Positions 46,401 to 56,613 of a stretch of DNA of 64,000 nucleotides are shown here, piece by piece; within the stretch, counting starts at the first letter, position 1, and each line of letters opens with the position of its first letter. The notes under the pieces are model-generated. The model worked only from the letters and a program-made list of their open reading frames with translations. It had not been told where the DNA came from and ran no database searches. The DNA is taken from positions 416,001 to 480,000 of the forward strand of contig CAXXWQ010000002.1 of NCBI GenBank assembly GCA_963674945.2, given 5' to 3'. This stretch comes from an uncultured Desulfosarcina sp. Its GTDB lineage: Bacteria; Desulfobacterota; Desulfobacteria; Desulfobacterales; Desulfosarcinaceae. Position numbers and translations under genes: made by a program.

Positions 46401-49400
46401 TGAGGAAAACAGGTAGACATGAATCCCGTCCAGGGGGGTATGGTCCTGGGTCGTCAGGGTGACGGTCAAGGTCCCCCCGCCGGTGGCAACGGCGAAATCG
46501 TTGGCACCATCCGGTGACACGGTAAGGACGTCGGACATGAACCGGCCACCCAGTACGTCGGCTCGGAACCGGTACCCCTGTCCGGCGGGCAGGATGAACG
46601 AAACATTTCCGTTTTCGTCGGTGATCGCGAAGATGCCCAGGTAAGCGCCGGCCTCATTGAACAGGTAGACCCTGACCCCGGCCTTTGGTCCATCCGCCTG
46701 GGTGATCAGTACTTCGACGGTTTCCACATCGATGACGATGCCGGCGGATGTCGCTCCAGGAAGGGTGACGGCAGAGGACCAGAATCGGTCGCTCAGGTAG
46801 TCGGCCCGGAATGTGTAGCCGCCGGTCGAGAAATCACCGGGATTGAAAGCGGCCTCTCCTGTATCGTCCGTGACGGCAAACCGGCCGGTATAGGCGCCGC
46901 TTTCGGTAAAGGCATAGACGCGAATGCCGGACAGGGCCATGCCCTGTGATGTGGACACCGTGACGGTGAATTCGTCCGATACCGGAGTCGCTGCCACGGC
47001 CGCCAGGCGATGGTCGCCCAAATAAATATAATGGGCGATAAAATCCCCATCGATCGTGGATTCTCCGATGAGATGACCGAATTGATCGTAGTGAAACACC
47101 GTGGTGCCGTCGGCTGTGGTGGCCCGGGTTCGCTGGCCGAGGGAATTGTACATGTACTCGCCCAGGCTGCCGCCGGCGTCGGAGACCTGGATGAGGCGGT
47201 TGTTCCGGTTGTAGGCGTAGGTGATTCCATCTGTGGCGGTCATGTTGCCGGCATCGTCGAATGTGAAACCGGAGGGAAGGGCGCCGGTGATGGTTTGGAG
47301 CCGATGGGTTCCGGGATGGTATTGATAGGTTTCGGTCTGACCATCGACCGTCCGGGTGAGGCGGTTGCCCACACCGTCATAGGCATAGCCGATGGTGCCG
47401 TAGATCCCCGTGGCTTGGGTCAGACGATACAAATCGTCATATTGAAAGGACTGGAAACGGTCGGGGGCCTGGGTGTCGGTGATGGCGGTAATGTTGCCCA
47501 TTGGATCCAGGGTGTAGGACCGATCCATGAGGGACGGGGCGGTGACACCGGTGGTACGGTAGCCGTCGTCGAAGGTGTGGATGACGCGAATGCCGGAACC
47601 GTTGGTGTAATCCGCCACGGGTCCGAAGGGAAGATGTTCGATTTCCTCTGCCACGATCTGCGTGGTTTGATCCATGGTCGTGGTGATCCGAACCACCCGT
47701 CCGGCCCCATCCAGCTCATAGTCCACCTGCCGTCCGTCGGGATAGGTGATGCCGGTGAGCACATCGGCGGCATCGTATTCATAGGAGATGGTGTATATAC
47801 TTCCCGCCATGGTGCGCCGGTCCTGGATCAGATTGCCCGATGGATCATAGGAAAAGGAACAGCTGCCGCCACTGTCGCGAATGCCGGTCAGCCGGCCCTT
47901 TCCGTTTTCACCCGCATCGTACGTGTAGGTGACGTTTTCCTTCGGATCTGCATAGGCGATGTCCGTCAGTCGATACTCGTCGTCATAGGCGAAGTTGACG
48001 ATGATTCCGTTGCCGTCGGTTTTGGAAACCGGATTGCCGGCCTCGTCGAAGAGATAGGCGGTGGTGCCGGCATCGGGAGAAACGATCCTCACCGTGCGGC
48101 CCAGATCGTCGACCACGTATTGTGTGGCCACGTTTTCGGGGTCGGTCACCAGGACCAGGTTGCCCTGTTCGTCGTAATCATAGCCGGTGACCACCGATCC
48201 CGGTTGCACCATGGCGGTCATTCGATTCATCAGGTCATAGGCGTATGTGGTGATCTTGCCCGCGGGATCCGTGACCCGGCGGACATTGCCCGCTGCGTCA
48301 TAATCGTAGGCGAAGAAGGTATCGTCCGGGTTGATCGCCCGATACAGCTTTCCGGGGCGGCTCGGGTGCTGGTAATCGAACCGCTGCCGGAACGTGCGGG
48401 TGCCCGACGGAAGGAAGTAGCCGGTGTCGATGATGTTGCCCTGGCCGTCATAGCCCCGGCCGATCCGGTTGCCCAGGGCGTCGATGGTGGACGTCAAACG
48501 GCCGGTGGCCGGGTCGTATTCATGGGTCAGCGTCGCGCCGTTGGGCAAGGTAACCGTATCCAACATGCCGGCCGATGTGTAGGAAAAACCGGTTGTCGCG
48601 CCGTCCCATTGCCGTGTCATGGCCGTAACCCGCCCCCGACCATCATAACCATAGTCGACGCTGTTCAGGTTGGGATCGGTGATGCGACCGGGTCTGCCGG
48701 CGGCATCGTGCTCGCTGAAGGTCGTCGTGCCCGAAACCGGCCGGGTGACGCCGAGCAGATCACCGGTGATCGAATCATAGGTGCAAGTGGTGGTATCACC
48801 GGTGCCGGAGAGGGGACCATCCACACTTTTCAGCTGCCCTCGGGTATTGTAGGCAAATGTAGTGACCGATTCCACCGGGGCCACTGCTCCCGATGCATCT
48901 TGTGTGAATCCACCGACGATCAACCGATGGACCAGGGGCGTCGGATCTTCATTGGCAATATCGTCGCCGTCATCGTCGTAGTCCCAGGTTGTCATTTTGT
49001 TTCCACTTGCCAGAACGCTCTGCTCAATGCGGGTCAGCGGTTTGTTCAGCGTCGGATGCCAGATCGAAATAACCTCCTTTTCATCCCCCGTTCCCGCAGC
49101 CCGGACAGTCCTGCCGGCATTGCCCCGGTCGTCGAAGTCTGAAAACAGGTCGATCCTTCCGTTGGCATATTCCATCTCGATGACGTTCAAATGCTCATCG
49201 TATTCCCAACGGATTGGCTCTTCCACACAACCGGCGCATCCGGAATCTCCGGTGACACCGAAAATCCGCCTACGTCCCTTGATGGCAGTAAATTGATACG
49301 TTCTCGAGACCCCATAGGCATCGGTTACGACAGCGGCGTTGGCAATGGTATCGTAATCGATGGTAACGCCCCGGCCGTCCGTGGTGTCGTTACGATAACA

Positions 49401-51329
49401 GCGGTCCTGATCATCATAGACCCAGGTTGCCAGGAGATGACCCATTGTGTCGGTTTTTTTCGTCAGGTTATTGATAAACGGCGCCGTATCCGCATCGTCG
49501 TAGTCGTAGACAAAACCGGAACCGTCGGCAAACGTCGCCGTAGTGAGGTTTTTGTTCTCATCGTAGTCGTAGGCGACCTGGATGCCCCCGTCCAAGATGC
49601 CGGACAACAGTCGGATCGACGTGAGAAAACCATCCGTATAGGCAAACACCAGGGAACGGCCGCTGGCCTCATCGATGACGGTTTCGATCAACCCGGGTTC
49701 GGTTGTACCATAGACCATGGTCCGACGGTTTCCCATATGGTCGGTGATATACAGCAATTGGCGGGTTGTTGCATCGAAAGTATACGTGTTGCCGTTCTCG
49801 CGTTCCCAGATATAGGTGTCATCCCGGGCGATGAGATTGGTCCTCTCCTGGAACAATGGAAGTATGGTTCCGGTATTCGGATCCTCTTTGAAATAACGTC
49901 CAAAACCGGTATCATCCAGAATCAACAGATACTCGCTATCCACACCCGTCACCGATTGCAGCGTGATATTGTAGTTATGGGTCCAGCCGTATCCCATGGG
50001 GCTGACAACTTCGCTCCGGCTGTTGTAGAATCTTTTAAAGATCAGACCGCCGGCAAAGGGAGACGGTACGTCGAGATCCGCTTCTGATTCAACCAGATTA
50101 CCGGTATAGATAGAGACGGGATCACCTTTTTCGGCCACATTATTGCAATTTATCTTACCCTTGGGATCTCGTCCCAGATCCAGAGGGATGTATTCGCATC
50201 CATCCGCTGCATTGCCGTATCCCTGCGGGCAAGCATCCATACAGTCATTGATCCCGTCGCCGTCATAGTCCAGACCGTAGGCGCCGGGATCCTGGCAGCC
50301 GACGATAAACAATACAGACTTGATCGTTCTACTTCCATTGGTGGATACAGCCTTCAAACTCAATGAGTGAAAGCCGTCTTCCCAATAGCCGTACAAGGCT
50401 GGATCCAATTCTCTATAATTTTCGTTGTCCGTGTTGAAGCTAAAAGTGTAATCTGTTCCATTGATCGTTTTGGACGTCCTTTGTTTTCCATCGAGGTAAT
50501 ACGTAATCGTGCCTTCCGCACCGACTGGATTTTCCTTAAATGACACCGACCCTGTAAAATCAAATTTTCCGGATATTTTCTCATTGGGAGAAGGCGTGGA
50601 TATGGTAATTTCCGGTGTGTTGTCTACAATAAACGTTGCTGTCTTCTCACTTTTTGTTCCATTCTTGGCAACTGCCCTGACCGTTACCGTGTGCGGACCA
50701 TTGGTCATTCTTCCCGCATTGAGTTTTGTGGTCGGATTTGCCGTGTTATAGCTGAATGGAATTTCTGTGCCTTCGCAGTATTTGCTTAATCGCATCGAAC
50801 CGTCCAGATAAATATAAATCTCCCCCTCAGCACCCTCGGGGTTATCTTTGAAATTGACGAGCCCTGAGATATCGAACTCTCCTGCCACTTCTTCACCAGG
50901 AAATGGGGTGTTTACGTAAACATCCGGAGTGTTGTCGACATTGATCGAGACAGAATCGGTACTTGAATTGTCTTTGCAATCCGTTGCCCTTGCGACGAAT
51001 GTATGTGTTCCGTTCTGCATCCTGGCGGTATTTACCCCATAGGAACAAAATGCGCTGCCGTTTCCTTCATCAGAACACCAATGGGATCCGTCTCGATACC
51101 CAACTAATGTTCCATGACTATTATCATGACAGGCCGGTGGATCATCGGGGCTGCAAAACTCGTAGGTGGAAAAGGACGCCGCATTGCTGACGGTTATCAA
51201 TCCTTCGGTTGCAGACAAAGAAACTGAAGCGCTGGTGGCAAGGGCTATTTCTGAAACACCCCATATGACAGAAAAAGCGAGGATAAAATAAAATGGTTTT
51301 CTTTTTCTAATGTTGTTTTTACAGGTCAT
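43434..51329 (-). CDS. RHS/YD-repeat protein with signal peptide, Ig-like domains, DUF6531, 11 internal repeats and variable C-terminus
   Basis: GDPVSIYTGN, YD repeats, DHLGTP, RFPGQ..D.ETGLHYNYHRYYDP.TGRY...DPIG, NPVNWTDPMGL; RBS GGAG before 51329. Confidence 0.93.
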   Translation of the reverse strand: MTCKNNIRKRKPFYFILAFSVIWGVSEIALATSASVSLSATEGLITVSNAASFSTYEFCSPDDPPACHDNSHGTLVGYRDGSHWCSDEGNGSAFCSYGVNTARMQNGTHTFVARATDCKDNSSTDSVSINVDNTPDVYVNTPFPGEEVAGEFDISGLVNFKDNPEGAEGEIYIYLDGSMRLSKYCEGTEIPFSYNTANPTTKLNAGRMTNGPHTVTVRAVAKNGTKSEKTATFIVDNTPEITISTPSPNEKISGKFDFTGSVSFKENPVGAEGTITYYLDGKQRTSKTINGTDYTFSFNTDNENYRELDPALYGYWEDGFHSLSLKAVSTNGSRTIKSVLFIVGCQDPGAYGLDYDGDGINDCMDACPQGYGNAADGCEYIPLDLGRDPKGKINCNNVAEKGDPVSIYTGNLVESEADLDVPSPFAGGLIFKRFYNSRSEVVSPMGYGWTHNYNITLQSVTGVDSEYLLILDDTGFGRYFKEDPNTGTILPLFQERTNLIARDDTYIWERENGNTYTFDATTRQLLYITDHMGNRRTMVYGTTEPGLIETVIDEASGRSLVFAYTDGFLTSIRLLSGILDGGIQVAYDYDENKNLTTATFADGSGFVYDYDDADTAPFINNLTKKTDTMGHLLATWVYDDQDRCYRNDTTDGRGVTIDYDTIANAAVVTDAYGVSRTYQFTAIKGRRRIFGVTGDSGCAGCVEEPIRWEYDEHLNVIEMEYANGRIDLFSDFDDRGNAGRTVRAAGTGDEKEVISIWHPTLNKPLTRIEQSVLASGNKMTTWDYDDDGDDIANEDPTPLVHRLIVGGFTQDASGAVAPVESVTTFAYNTRGQLKSVDGPLSGTGDTTTCTYDSITGDLLGVTRPVSGTTTFSEHDAAGRPGRITDPNLNSVDYGYDGRGRVTAMTRQWDGATTGFSYTSAGMLDTVTLPNGATLTHEYDPATGRLTSTIDALGNRIGRGYDGQGNIIDTGYFLPSGTRTFRQRFDYQHPSRPGKLYRAINPDDTFFAYDYDAAGNVRRVTDPAGKITTYAYDLMNRMTAMVQPGSVVTGYDYDEQGNLVLVTDPENVATQYVVDDLGRTVRIVSPDAGTTAYLFDEAGNPVSKTDGNGIIVNFAYDDEYRLTDIAYADPKENVTYTYDAGENGKGRLTGIRDSGGSCSFSYDPSGNLIQDRRTMAGSIYTISYEYDAADVLTGITYPDGRQVDYELDGAGRVVRITTTMDQTTQIVAEEIEHLPFGPVADYTNGSGIRVIHTFDDGYRTTGVTAPSLMDRSYTLDPMGNITAITDTQAPDRFQSFQYDDLYRLTQATGIYGTIGYAYDGVGNRLTRTVDGQTETYQYHPGTHRLQTITGALPSGFTFDDAGNMTATDGITYAYNRNNRLIQVSDAGGSLGEYMYNSLGQRTRATTADGTTVFHYDQFGHLIGESTIDGDFIAHYIYLGDHRLAAVAATPVSDEFTVTVSTSQGMALSGIRVYAFTESGAYTGRFAVTDDTGEAAFNPGDFSTGGYTFRADYLSDRFWSSAVTLPGATSAGIVIDVETVEVLITQADGPKAGVRVYLFNEAGAYLGIFAITDENGNVSFILPAGQGYRFRADVLGGRFMSDVLTVSPDGANDFAVATGGGTLTVTLTTQDHTPLDGIHVYLFSSSGAYLGASGRTDPAGRVSYTVPEGMYKVRADYMGYQFWTEEIAVTTDTVSELIIDHQDVGITVLRDCNADVRLPEQVPVYLFTASGSHLGINAFTDDQGQTTFQVPAGEYKVRVDFIGGQYWSAIFNQNDETVTIDEGIATVSVTGQGLPLGGVNVHTFNEAGAYLGLSGQTDSQGEISFRLPRGNYNFRADYLGSRYFSGTAPVLAHVDNPVTVSTGGGNLTFTMEKSPGNPMAGISCYLFSDDGVYLGQSAATGGDGTADFHLADGGYQIRVDYLGYRYWTDAFSVPATDAVGMTIAHEDVVITVAGNDDGDMEARDSVPVYLFTPDGAYLGMSAVTDAAGQASFNLPAQAYTVRADYMGRQYWTDPVTLADADILIEEGTAAVTVLQEIQPLENVSVYVFGITDAYLNISGETDARGEVNFRLPQGTYRFRADHMGNQFWATATVAAHGTTPIAVSTGGGSFALTVQTETGAPLVDVPVYVFNDAGAYLGLSAHTDDSGQVAFDLADGGYRFRVDYLGYRYWTPDHVIPDIRSDLLTITHQMVTVTVDGQFGPVAAPLADVPVYLFSAAGAYMGRSAFTDADGQATFNLPPADYAFRADCLSVQTWSEVINQTDTIISIEHGRAAVHVTVGGWDLFDAPVYLFSESGAYLGRMERTDSSGMADFLVPDGAYKFRVDHDGSQVWSPAVNIMAGENTNVEMDLDILLADMTLSPFPVRFDGTPPVFSPEPILLASFGPLTGILPEAITAQRTVDKLYFFINDHLGTPIIITDEFGDVVWQGDYRPFGQVDITANGFVNNFRFPGQCHDGETGLHYNYHRYYDPRTGRYMRTDPIGLVGGINVYGYVGNNPVNWTDPMGLEAFGPEMIENFVPDSTIHYSRTNVGGSILFTDYSTQIHNRNGNWFSTKTDIGVSTSLIGGGTEFVFNISDLNGFNAIGNLAFTFGLNRYLGISYYPLSGQFGINVGLGITPPINISKTIDTIDHNKCK

Positions 51330-51503
51330 GTTTTTCTCCGATATTCCCCGGTGGAGGAGATAATTCATGCAAGAACGGATTTTCTGATGGAATCCAGTGG
51401 AGAATCGAATCGGAGGGAGAACATACCTGGTGTGGTGGAACTGGAACGCAATGCCTGGTAGTACTTAAAACGGATTTTACATATGATCTTTTTTATGGCT
51501 TTC

Positions 51504-51521
51504 CAGCAAGCGTCATGCCAA
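51504..51521 (-). promoter_or_regulatory. Sigma-54 promoter upstream of RHS gene
   Basis: TTGGCATGACGCTTGCT, near-consensus TGGCA-N-TTGC with GG-N10-GC. Confidence 0.7.
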
Positions 51522-51779
51522 AGCAGAAAGCGTCGAAATCCGGGTATGGACGGTTCGGTTCTTCGGGGCCCTTTGGAAGGGGGGATAAGCGTCGTGATCC
51601 CTGAGGACCGCAGGCGTCAGAAGCCGGTATGCAAGAACCAGGATGTGTGTCGCTGCAGCGACTGGATAAAATGGATCGCGCCGGAGGCAATATCTGAACC
51701 GTGCTACGCGTTAAATTTTTCATACAGGAATGGAAACGAAAATCTACTTCTTCTGCTTCTTCGATCGAACGGTTTTTCC

Positions 51780-52628
51780 TTATTGTTCCTTGATAAAGGT
51801 GCCGTCCCGGTAATCGCGAAATGCCGTCTCCAACTCCGCTTCGGTATTCATGACGATCGGTCCCCGCCAGGCCACCGGTTCGTTTAAGGGTTTTCCGGTC
51901 AGCAACAAAAATCGCAAGGGTTCGTCTCCCGCGTGGACAACCAATTGCTCGCCATCATCAAACAGCACCGCCTTGCCGTTCTTGATTGTCTGGCCATCGG
52001 TTTGCCCGACACCTCCAATGACATAGATGAAGGCCGTGTAACCGGGCACCGTTGGATGAACAAAGGTTTGGCCGGTCGATACCGTACAGTCGAGATATTC
52101 CGGATCGATGACGATGTCGTCCACGGGCCCCCGGACACCGCCGACAGAACCGGCAATCACCTTGATCGTCGTCCCGTTGACCTGTTCGACCACCGGTATC
52201 TGCGCGGCGGTAATGTCGCGGTAGCGGGGAGCCATCATCTTTTGGGCCGCCGGCAGGTTGGCCCACAACTGAAAACCATACATTGCGCCGCCGGCATCGC
52301 CCTTTGGCATCTCCTGATGAATGATGCCGCTGCCGGCAGTCATCCACTGGACGTCCCCGGAAGAGATGATCCCCTTGTTGCCCAGGCTGTCCCCGTGTTC
52401 CACATCGCCCTTGAGCACGTATGTGATCGTTTCGATGCCCCGGTGGGGATGCCAGGGAAAGCCTTTGCGATAATGGTCGGGGGTATCGGAACGAAAATCG
52501 TCGAGCATCAGAAACGGGTCGAAGCGGGGGGATTGGCCATAGCCAAAAACACGATTCAGGTGAACCCCCGCTCCCTCCAGCGTCGGTTGCCGGGTCAGCA
52601 TCGATTGAATCTTGCGAGTCGTCTTCAT
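51780..52628 (-). CDS. Pirin family protein
   Basis: DPFLMLD, FPWHPHRGIETITY, QWMTAGSGIIHQE, GPIVMN. Confidence 0.95.
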   Translation of the reverse strand: MKTTRKIQSMLTRQPTLEGAGVHLNRVFGYGQSPRFDPFLMLDDFRSDTPDHYRKGFPWHPHRGIETITYVLKGDVEHGDSLGNKGIISSGDVQWMTAGSGIIHQEMPKGDAGGAMYGFQLWANLPAAQKMMAPRYRDITAAQIPVVEQVNGTTIKVIAGSVGGVRGPVDDIVIDPEYLDCTVSTGQTFVHPTVPGYTAFIYVIGGVGQTDGQTIKNGKAVLFDDGEQLVVHAGDEPLRFLLLTGKPLNEPVAWRGPIVMNTEAELETAFRDYRDGTFIKEQ

Positions 52629-52699
52629 TTCTTCCTCCTCCGTTACAAAATCCAGTTGGCAAATTCTATGGCAGCATGCTTGCCGATGCAAACTTGAAT

Positions 52700-52952
52700 T
52701 TGACTCCAAGAAAAACGCCCGATACCGGCGTTTCGCTTCATCCCTCCTCGCTGCGACATATTTTTCTGTACGTCGCATTCCTCGGGATTGAACATGAATG
52801 TTCGCCGTAGGGATAAAAAGCGTTCCCCTTGTTTCCGTCTATCTGCAAAGAAAATAAGAACGAGTTTCTTGCATGCGATTGTTTGGCCATATCTGCCCTG
52901 GAAAAGCTTTTTGCGAAGCCGCCCGAAAAGTGACTTCTTATGGGTGTATCAA
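52700..52952. repeat. Degenerate intergenic MITE-like repeat
   Basis: cgcttcatccctcctcgctgcgac...gtacgtcgcattcctcgggatt and ctttttgcgaagccg segments; single copy in window. Confidence 0.4.
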
Positions 52953-53129
52953 TTGTCTGGCAAATGAAAAAAGAAGCATGGGGAATGCGGCCCGTAAATC
53001 ACCCGTGCTCGCCGGAGTCCCTTTTTTGCAAGCTTTGTGCAATGTGTCGTTTGGGGCTGGCACAACGATACAAATTATCGTTGCTGAAGAGAGTGGAAGC
53101 TTTGTACGATACGACCGTTTCAATGATCA

Positions 53130-53360
53130 TCATTCGATGATCTCGAGAACCGTTCTTTTTTTCACCTTTGACGAGACCGCACTCAAGATCGTCCGGATCG
53201 CCTGGGCCGTTCTTCCCTGCTTACCGATAACCTTACCCAAATCTTCCTTGGCCACCGTTAATTCGAGTACGGTGGTCTGATTCCCCTCCACTTCCTCGAC
53301 GGTGACATCATTTGGCCTGTCCACAAGACTCTGTGCGATATACGTCACGAGTTCCTTCAT
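53130..53360 (-). CDS. khpA: KH-domain RNA-binding protein KhpA
   Basis: MKELV.YIA..LVD.P...[17 protein letters not shown]. Confidence 0.92.
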   Translation of the reverse strand: MKELVTYIAQSLVDRPNDVTVEEVEGNQTTVLELTVAKEDLGKVIGKQGRTAQAIRTILSAVSSKVKKRTVLEIIE

Positions 53361-53734
53361 CAAATCCTCTCCTTTTCCATTTATCCAAGTAGTGTTCCAT
53401 TCATATTCGGTATCGTATGAATCTTGAATTACGTATCTGGTTGTGATGAATAGGGGTAAATCGTTCGGCCTGTTGACGAACCAGATAACAAAGCATATTC
53501 ATATGACGTTAAACTATATGAAACGGATAGCAAATAACAACACTATATTGTTATATATATACCACGTTTATAAATAAAGTAGTAAATTTTTGTTTTTCGT
53601 TTGCGATTGTTTGAAAACTACTTTTTTTTATTGAAAAATGTTGTATTAAAGCAGGCTGAACTGGTTATGTCTTGTCTCGAGTTGCGTTGCACACGAGACC
53701 CCGTCGGGAGGCAGCGGTGGGGGGAAATGGGAAG

Positions 53735-55126
53735 ATGAAGGATTTTCGTTGGGCATACGGTTTTACCCCTTTCGTGTTTTGGATTTTATTATCGTGCACC
53801 GCCTTTCACCCACAAGTGTTGGAGGATGCGGCGGGGACGGTACCCGAGACCTACGGGTTATACGATTCCGGACCTTATGTGCCCTCACCCTGGTGGGAAT
53901 CCATTGCGTCGGTGGAACTTTCCCGCCTGATCGACGAAGCCTTGACCGGAAGCTTCACCATCCAGGAGGCATGGGCCCGATTGTCCCAGGCCCGGTCCAT
54001 TGCAAGAAGGGTGGGTGCCGATCGGTACCCTGACATCACCGCAGGCGGAGATGCCCAAGCGACCCGTATGGCAACGCCTCCTGCTTCCGGATCCACGGGG
54101 GCGCAAGATGTTTCCCTGTGGTTTGCCGGAAGTTACGAACTGGACCTGTGGGGGCGTGTTCGAGGTGAGCGGGAAGCCGCATCTTTGGACGCTGTGGCTT
54201 CCCGGGAGGACCTTTTGACGGCGATGTTGACCGTGTCGGGGGAAGTGGCCGATCGATGGGTGCAGATCCTCTCCCAACGGCTGCAGATGCAATTGCTCGA
54301 AAAACAATTGGAAAACAATCTGACCTTTCTGGAGCTTATCGAGCTTCGGTTCGACAAGGCAATGGTTTCGGCATTGGACGTGTACCAGCAGAAACAGGCG
54401 GTGGAAAGCGTTCGTGCGCGAATTCCCCTGGTGAAAGCCCAGATCCAGCTCCTGCAGCATGAATTGGCGGTCCTATTGGGACGCCCCCCGCGAACCGACC
54501 TCGGTCTGACCCAAGGGCAGATGCCCGTGCTGGGGGCACTTCCCGCTGTCGGACTGCCGGCGGATCTGTTGGCCAATCGTCCGGACGTTCGGGCCGCCGG
54601 CATACGACTGCAATCGGCACAATGGCAAGTATCCGCCGCAAGGGCCAATCGTCTTCCCTCCATTTCACTTACAGCCGGTGCCCAGTACGGCCCGAGCGAT
54701 TTGGATCTGTTGTTCGATACCTGGCTGCTCCGTCTTGCCGCCAATCTCACGGCACCGGTTTTCGACGGCGGACGGCGCGTGGCCGAGGTGGATCTGGCCC
54801 GCGCCCGGATGGACGAAAATCTGTGGGCCTACCGTCAAACGGTGGTAACGGCAATCAGGGAGGTGGAGGATGCCCTGGTCAACGAGACAACGCAGCGGGA
54901 GCATCTTCATGGCCTCGAGGCGGTGAAGTCGGCGGCGGAAAAAGGGCTCAAGGAAGCCATTTCCCGATATCAAAGCGGACTCAGCGACTACTTGCCCGTA
55001 CTCACCCAATTGCTCACCGTGCAGGACCTGGAACGGAATCTGATCGACCAGCGGGCGCAGTTGATCCGCTATCGTATCGGTTTGCACCGGGCGCTGGGGG
55101 GCGGGCTACTGGCCGATTCGCAATAG
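53735..55126 (+). CDS. Efflux outer-membrane factor lipoprotein (NodT/OprM family)
   Basis: LLSC lipobox, SYELDLWGRVR, LPADLLANRPDVRAA, ALGGG. Confidence 0.92.
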   Translation: MKDFRWAYGFTPFVFWILLSCTAFHPQVLEDAAGTVPETYGLYDSGPYVPSPWWESIASVELSRLIDEALTGSFTIQEAWARLSQARSIARRVGADRYPDITAGGDAQATRMATPPASGSTGAQDVSLWFAGSYELDLWGRVRGEREAASLDAVASREDLLTAMLTVSGEVADRWVQILSQRLQMQLLEKQLENNLTFLELIELRFDKAMVSALDVYQQKQAVESVRARIPLVKAQIQLLQHELAVLLGRPPRTDLGLTQGQMPVLGALPAVGLPADLLANRPDVRAAGIRLQSAQWQVSAARANRLPSISLTAGAQYGPSDLDLLFDTWLLRLAANLTAPVFDGGRRVAEVDLARARMDENLWAYRQTVVTAIREVEDALVNETTQREHLHGLEAVKSAAEKGLKEAISRYQSGLSDYLPVLTQLLTVQDLERNLIDQRAQLIRYRIGLHRALGGGLLADSQ

Positions 55127-55141
55127 GCAATCGGGGAACCA

Positions 55142-55279
55142 CAGGAGTCAGAATCCAATATTCAGGAGCCAGAATAAGTCTGATGTCGCTTCGCTCCGTC
55201 GATTGGATAAGATGGATCGAGACGAAGGCGAATACCTTCTTCTGAATACTGGATTCCGACTCCTGGATTCTTGTAACAA
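55142..55279 (+). repeat. ~138-bp MITE-like element with heptamer-repeat inverted ends (copy 1)
   Basis: AGGAGTC-AGAATCC...AGGAGCC-AGAAT left end, ATTCCGACTCCTGGATTCT right end; inverted copy at 60451-60588. Confidence 0.8.
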
Positions 55280-55347
55280 TATCACGGCAGAGCAATCAGT
55301 CTTTTGACATGGCCCTAAGTACGAGGTTTTCTGGACTAAAAAAGAAA

Positions 55348-56613
55348 ATGAAAGACAAGAACGTGACATCATCGAATCCATCCACCGGCGAGCCTGTCAA
55401 TAAATCGTGGCGCCGGGTTGCCCACTTTTTTTTATGCCTGGTCATCGTGGTTGTGGGGCTTGGCGTTGCGCAATACCTGAAGAAAACCGCTCCCAAGGCC
55501 CAAAGGCGCGCACCCGAGCGAACGCTTTCCCAGGTGAAGACGATAACCCTTCGTCCAGGCGATCACCGGATTACTGTCAGTGCCATGGGATCGGTCGTCC
55601 CTGCCCGGGAGTTGACCGTAAAGTCCCGGGTTTCCGGCCAGGTGCAATCCCTTCACCCCGATTTCGTTGTCGGCGGAACCGTGGCAAAGGGGCAGCGTAT
55701 GTTGAAGATCGATTCCCAGGATTACCAGTTGGCCCTGGCACGCAAAGAGAGCGAGGAGGTCAATGCCCAATACGAGCTCAAGGTGGAGATGGGCTATCAG
55801 GATGTCGCCGAAAGGGAGTGGAAGCTGCTGAATCCCGGTAAATCAAAGGATTCGGAAGATGCGGAACTGGCACTCAGAAAGCCCCACCTGGCCAAGGCCC
55901 GTTCGGATCTCGCCGCGGCCCGGGCCGAATTGGAGATGGCCCGGCTCGACCTGTCACGCACCGATATCACGGCGCCCTTCAATGCCTTCGTTCGGGAAAA
56001 ATTCGTGGAGGTGGGATCCCAGGTCTCCACCCAGGATGTGCTGGCCGAGCTCGTGGGCACGGACGAATACTGGATCCGTGTCTCTCTGCCCGTCGACCGG
56101 CTTCGTTGGATTCACATCCCCACCGATGGATCCCAGGCCGGATCTTTGGCGACGATCCAATATCGGGGTCACAGCAGAGAAGGCCGCGTGATTCGGATGC
56201 TCGGCGACCTGGAGGCCGAGGGGCGAATGGCCCGGATTCTGGTTTCGGTAAAAGATCCCCTGGGCCGGAAAGATACAACGAAACAAACCGCACCGCTTCT
56301 CATCGGCGAGTATGTCCGGGTGGAAATACAGGGAGACTACCTGAAAGATGTAATTCCCATCCCTCGAACCGCACTTCGCGATAACGATACGGTCTGGCTG
56401 GTGGATGAGAAAAACATCCTTCGGATCCGGTCCGTCGAGACCGTATGGCGGGATGAGGGAATCGTTTACATGCAGAACCATGTCACTTCCGGGGATCGCC
56501 TCATCGTGTCCGATCTGGCCGCTGTCGTGGAGGGCATGCCGGTGGCCGTGCAAGGGGATGAACCGGCATCCGAAAAGCCGGCACATGAGAAGAAAGACAC
56601 CGAAAATGGATAA
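55348..56613 (+). CDS. RND efflux membrane-fusion protein
   Basis: TM anchor, G.V.P...V...VSGQV, LSRTDITAPF, LLIGEYV. Confidence 0.92.
   Translation: MKDKNVTSSNPSTGEPVNKSWRRVAHFFLCLVIVVVGLGVAQYLKKTAPKAQRRAPERTLSQVKTITLRPGDHRITVSAMGSVVPARELTVKSRVSGQVQSLHPDFVVGGTVAKGQRMLKIDSQDYQLALARKESEEVNAQYELKVEMGYQDVAEREWKLLNPGKSKDSEDAELALRKPHLAKARSDLAAARAELEMARLDLSRTDITAPFNAFVREKFVEVGSQVSTQDVLAELVGTDEYWIRVSLPVDRLRWIHIPTDGSQAGSLATIQYRGHSREGRVIRMLGDLEAEGRMARILVSVKDPLGRKDTTKQTAPLLIGEYVRVEIQGDYLKDVIPIPRTALRDNDTVWLVDEKNILRIRSVETVWRDEGIVYMQNHVTSGDRLIVSDLAAVVEGMPVAVQGDEPASEKPAHEKKDTENG

Noticed and set aside
47010..49142. 710-aa plus-strand ORF and similar long antisense ORFs (34355-35614, 44772-45656, 49191-50087, 28333-29082)
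   Set aside because: Shadow frames opposite well-supported genes; no recognisable motifs.
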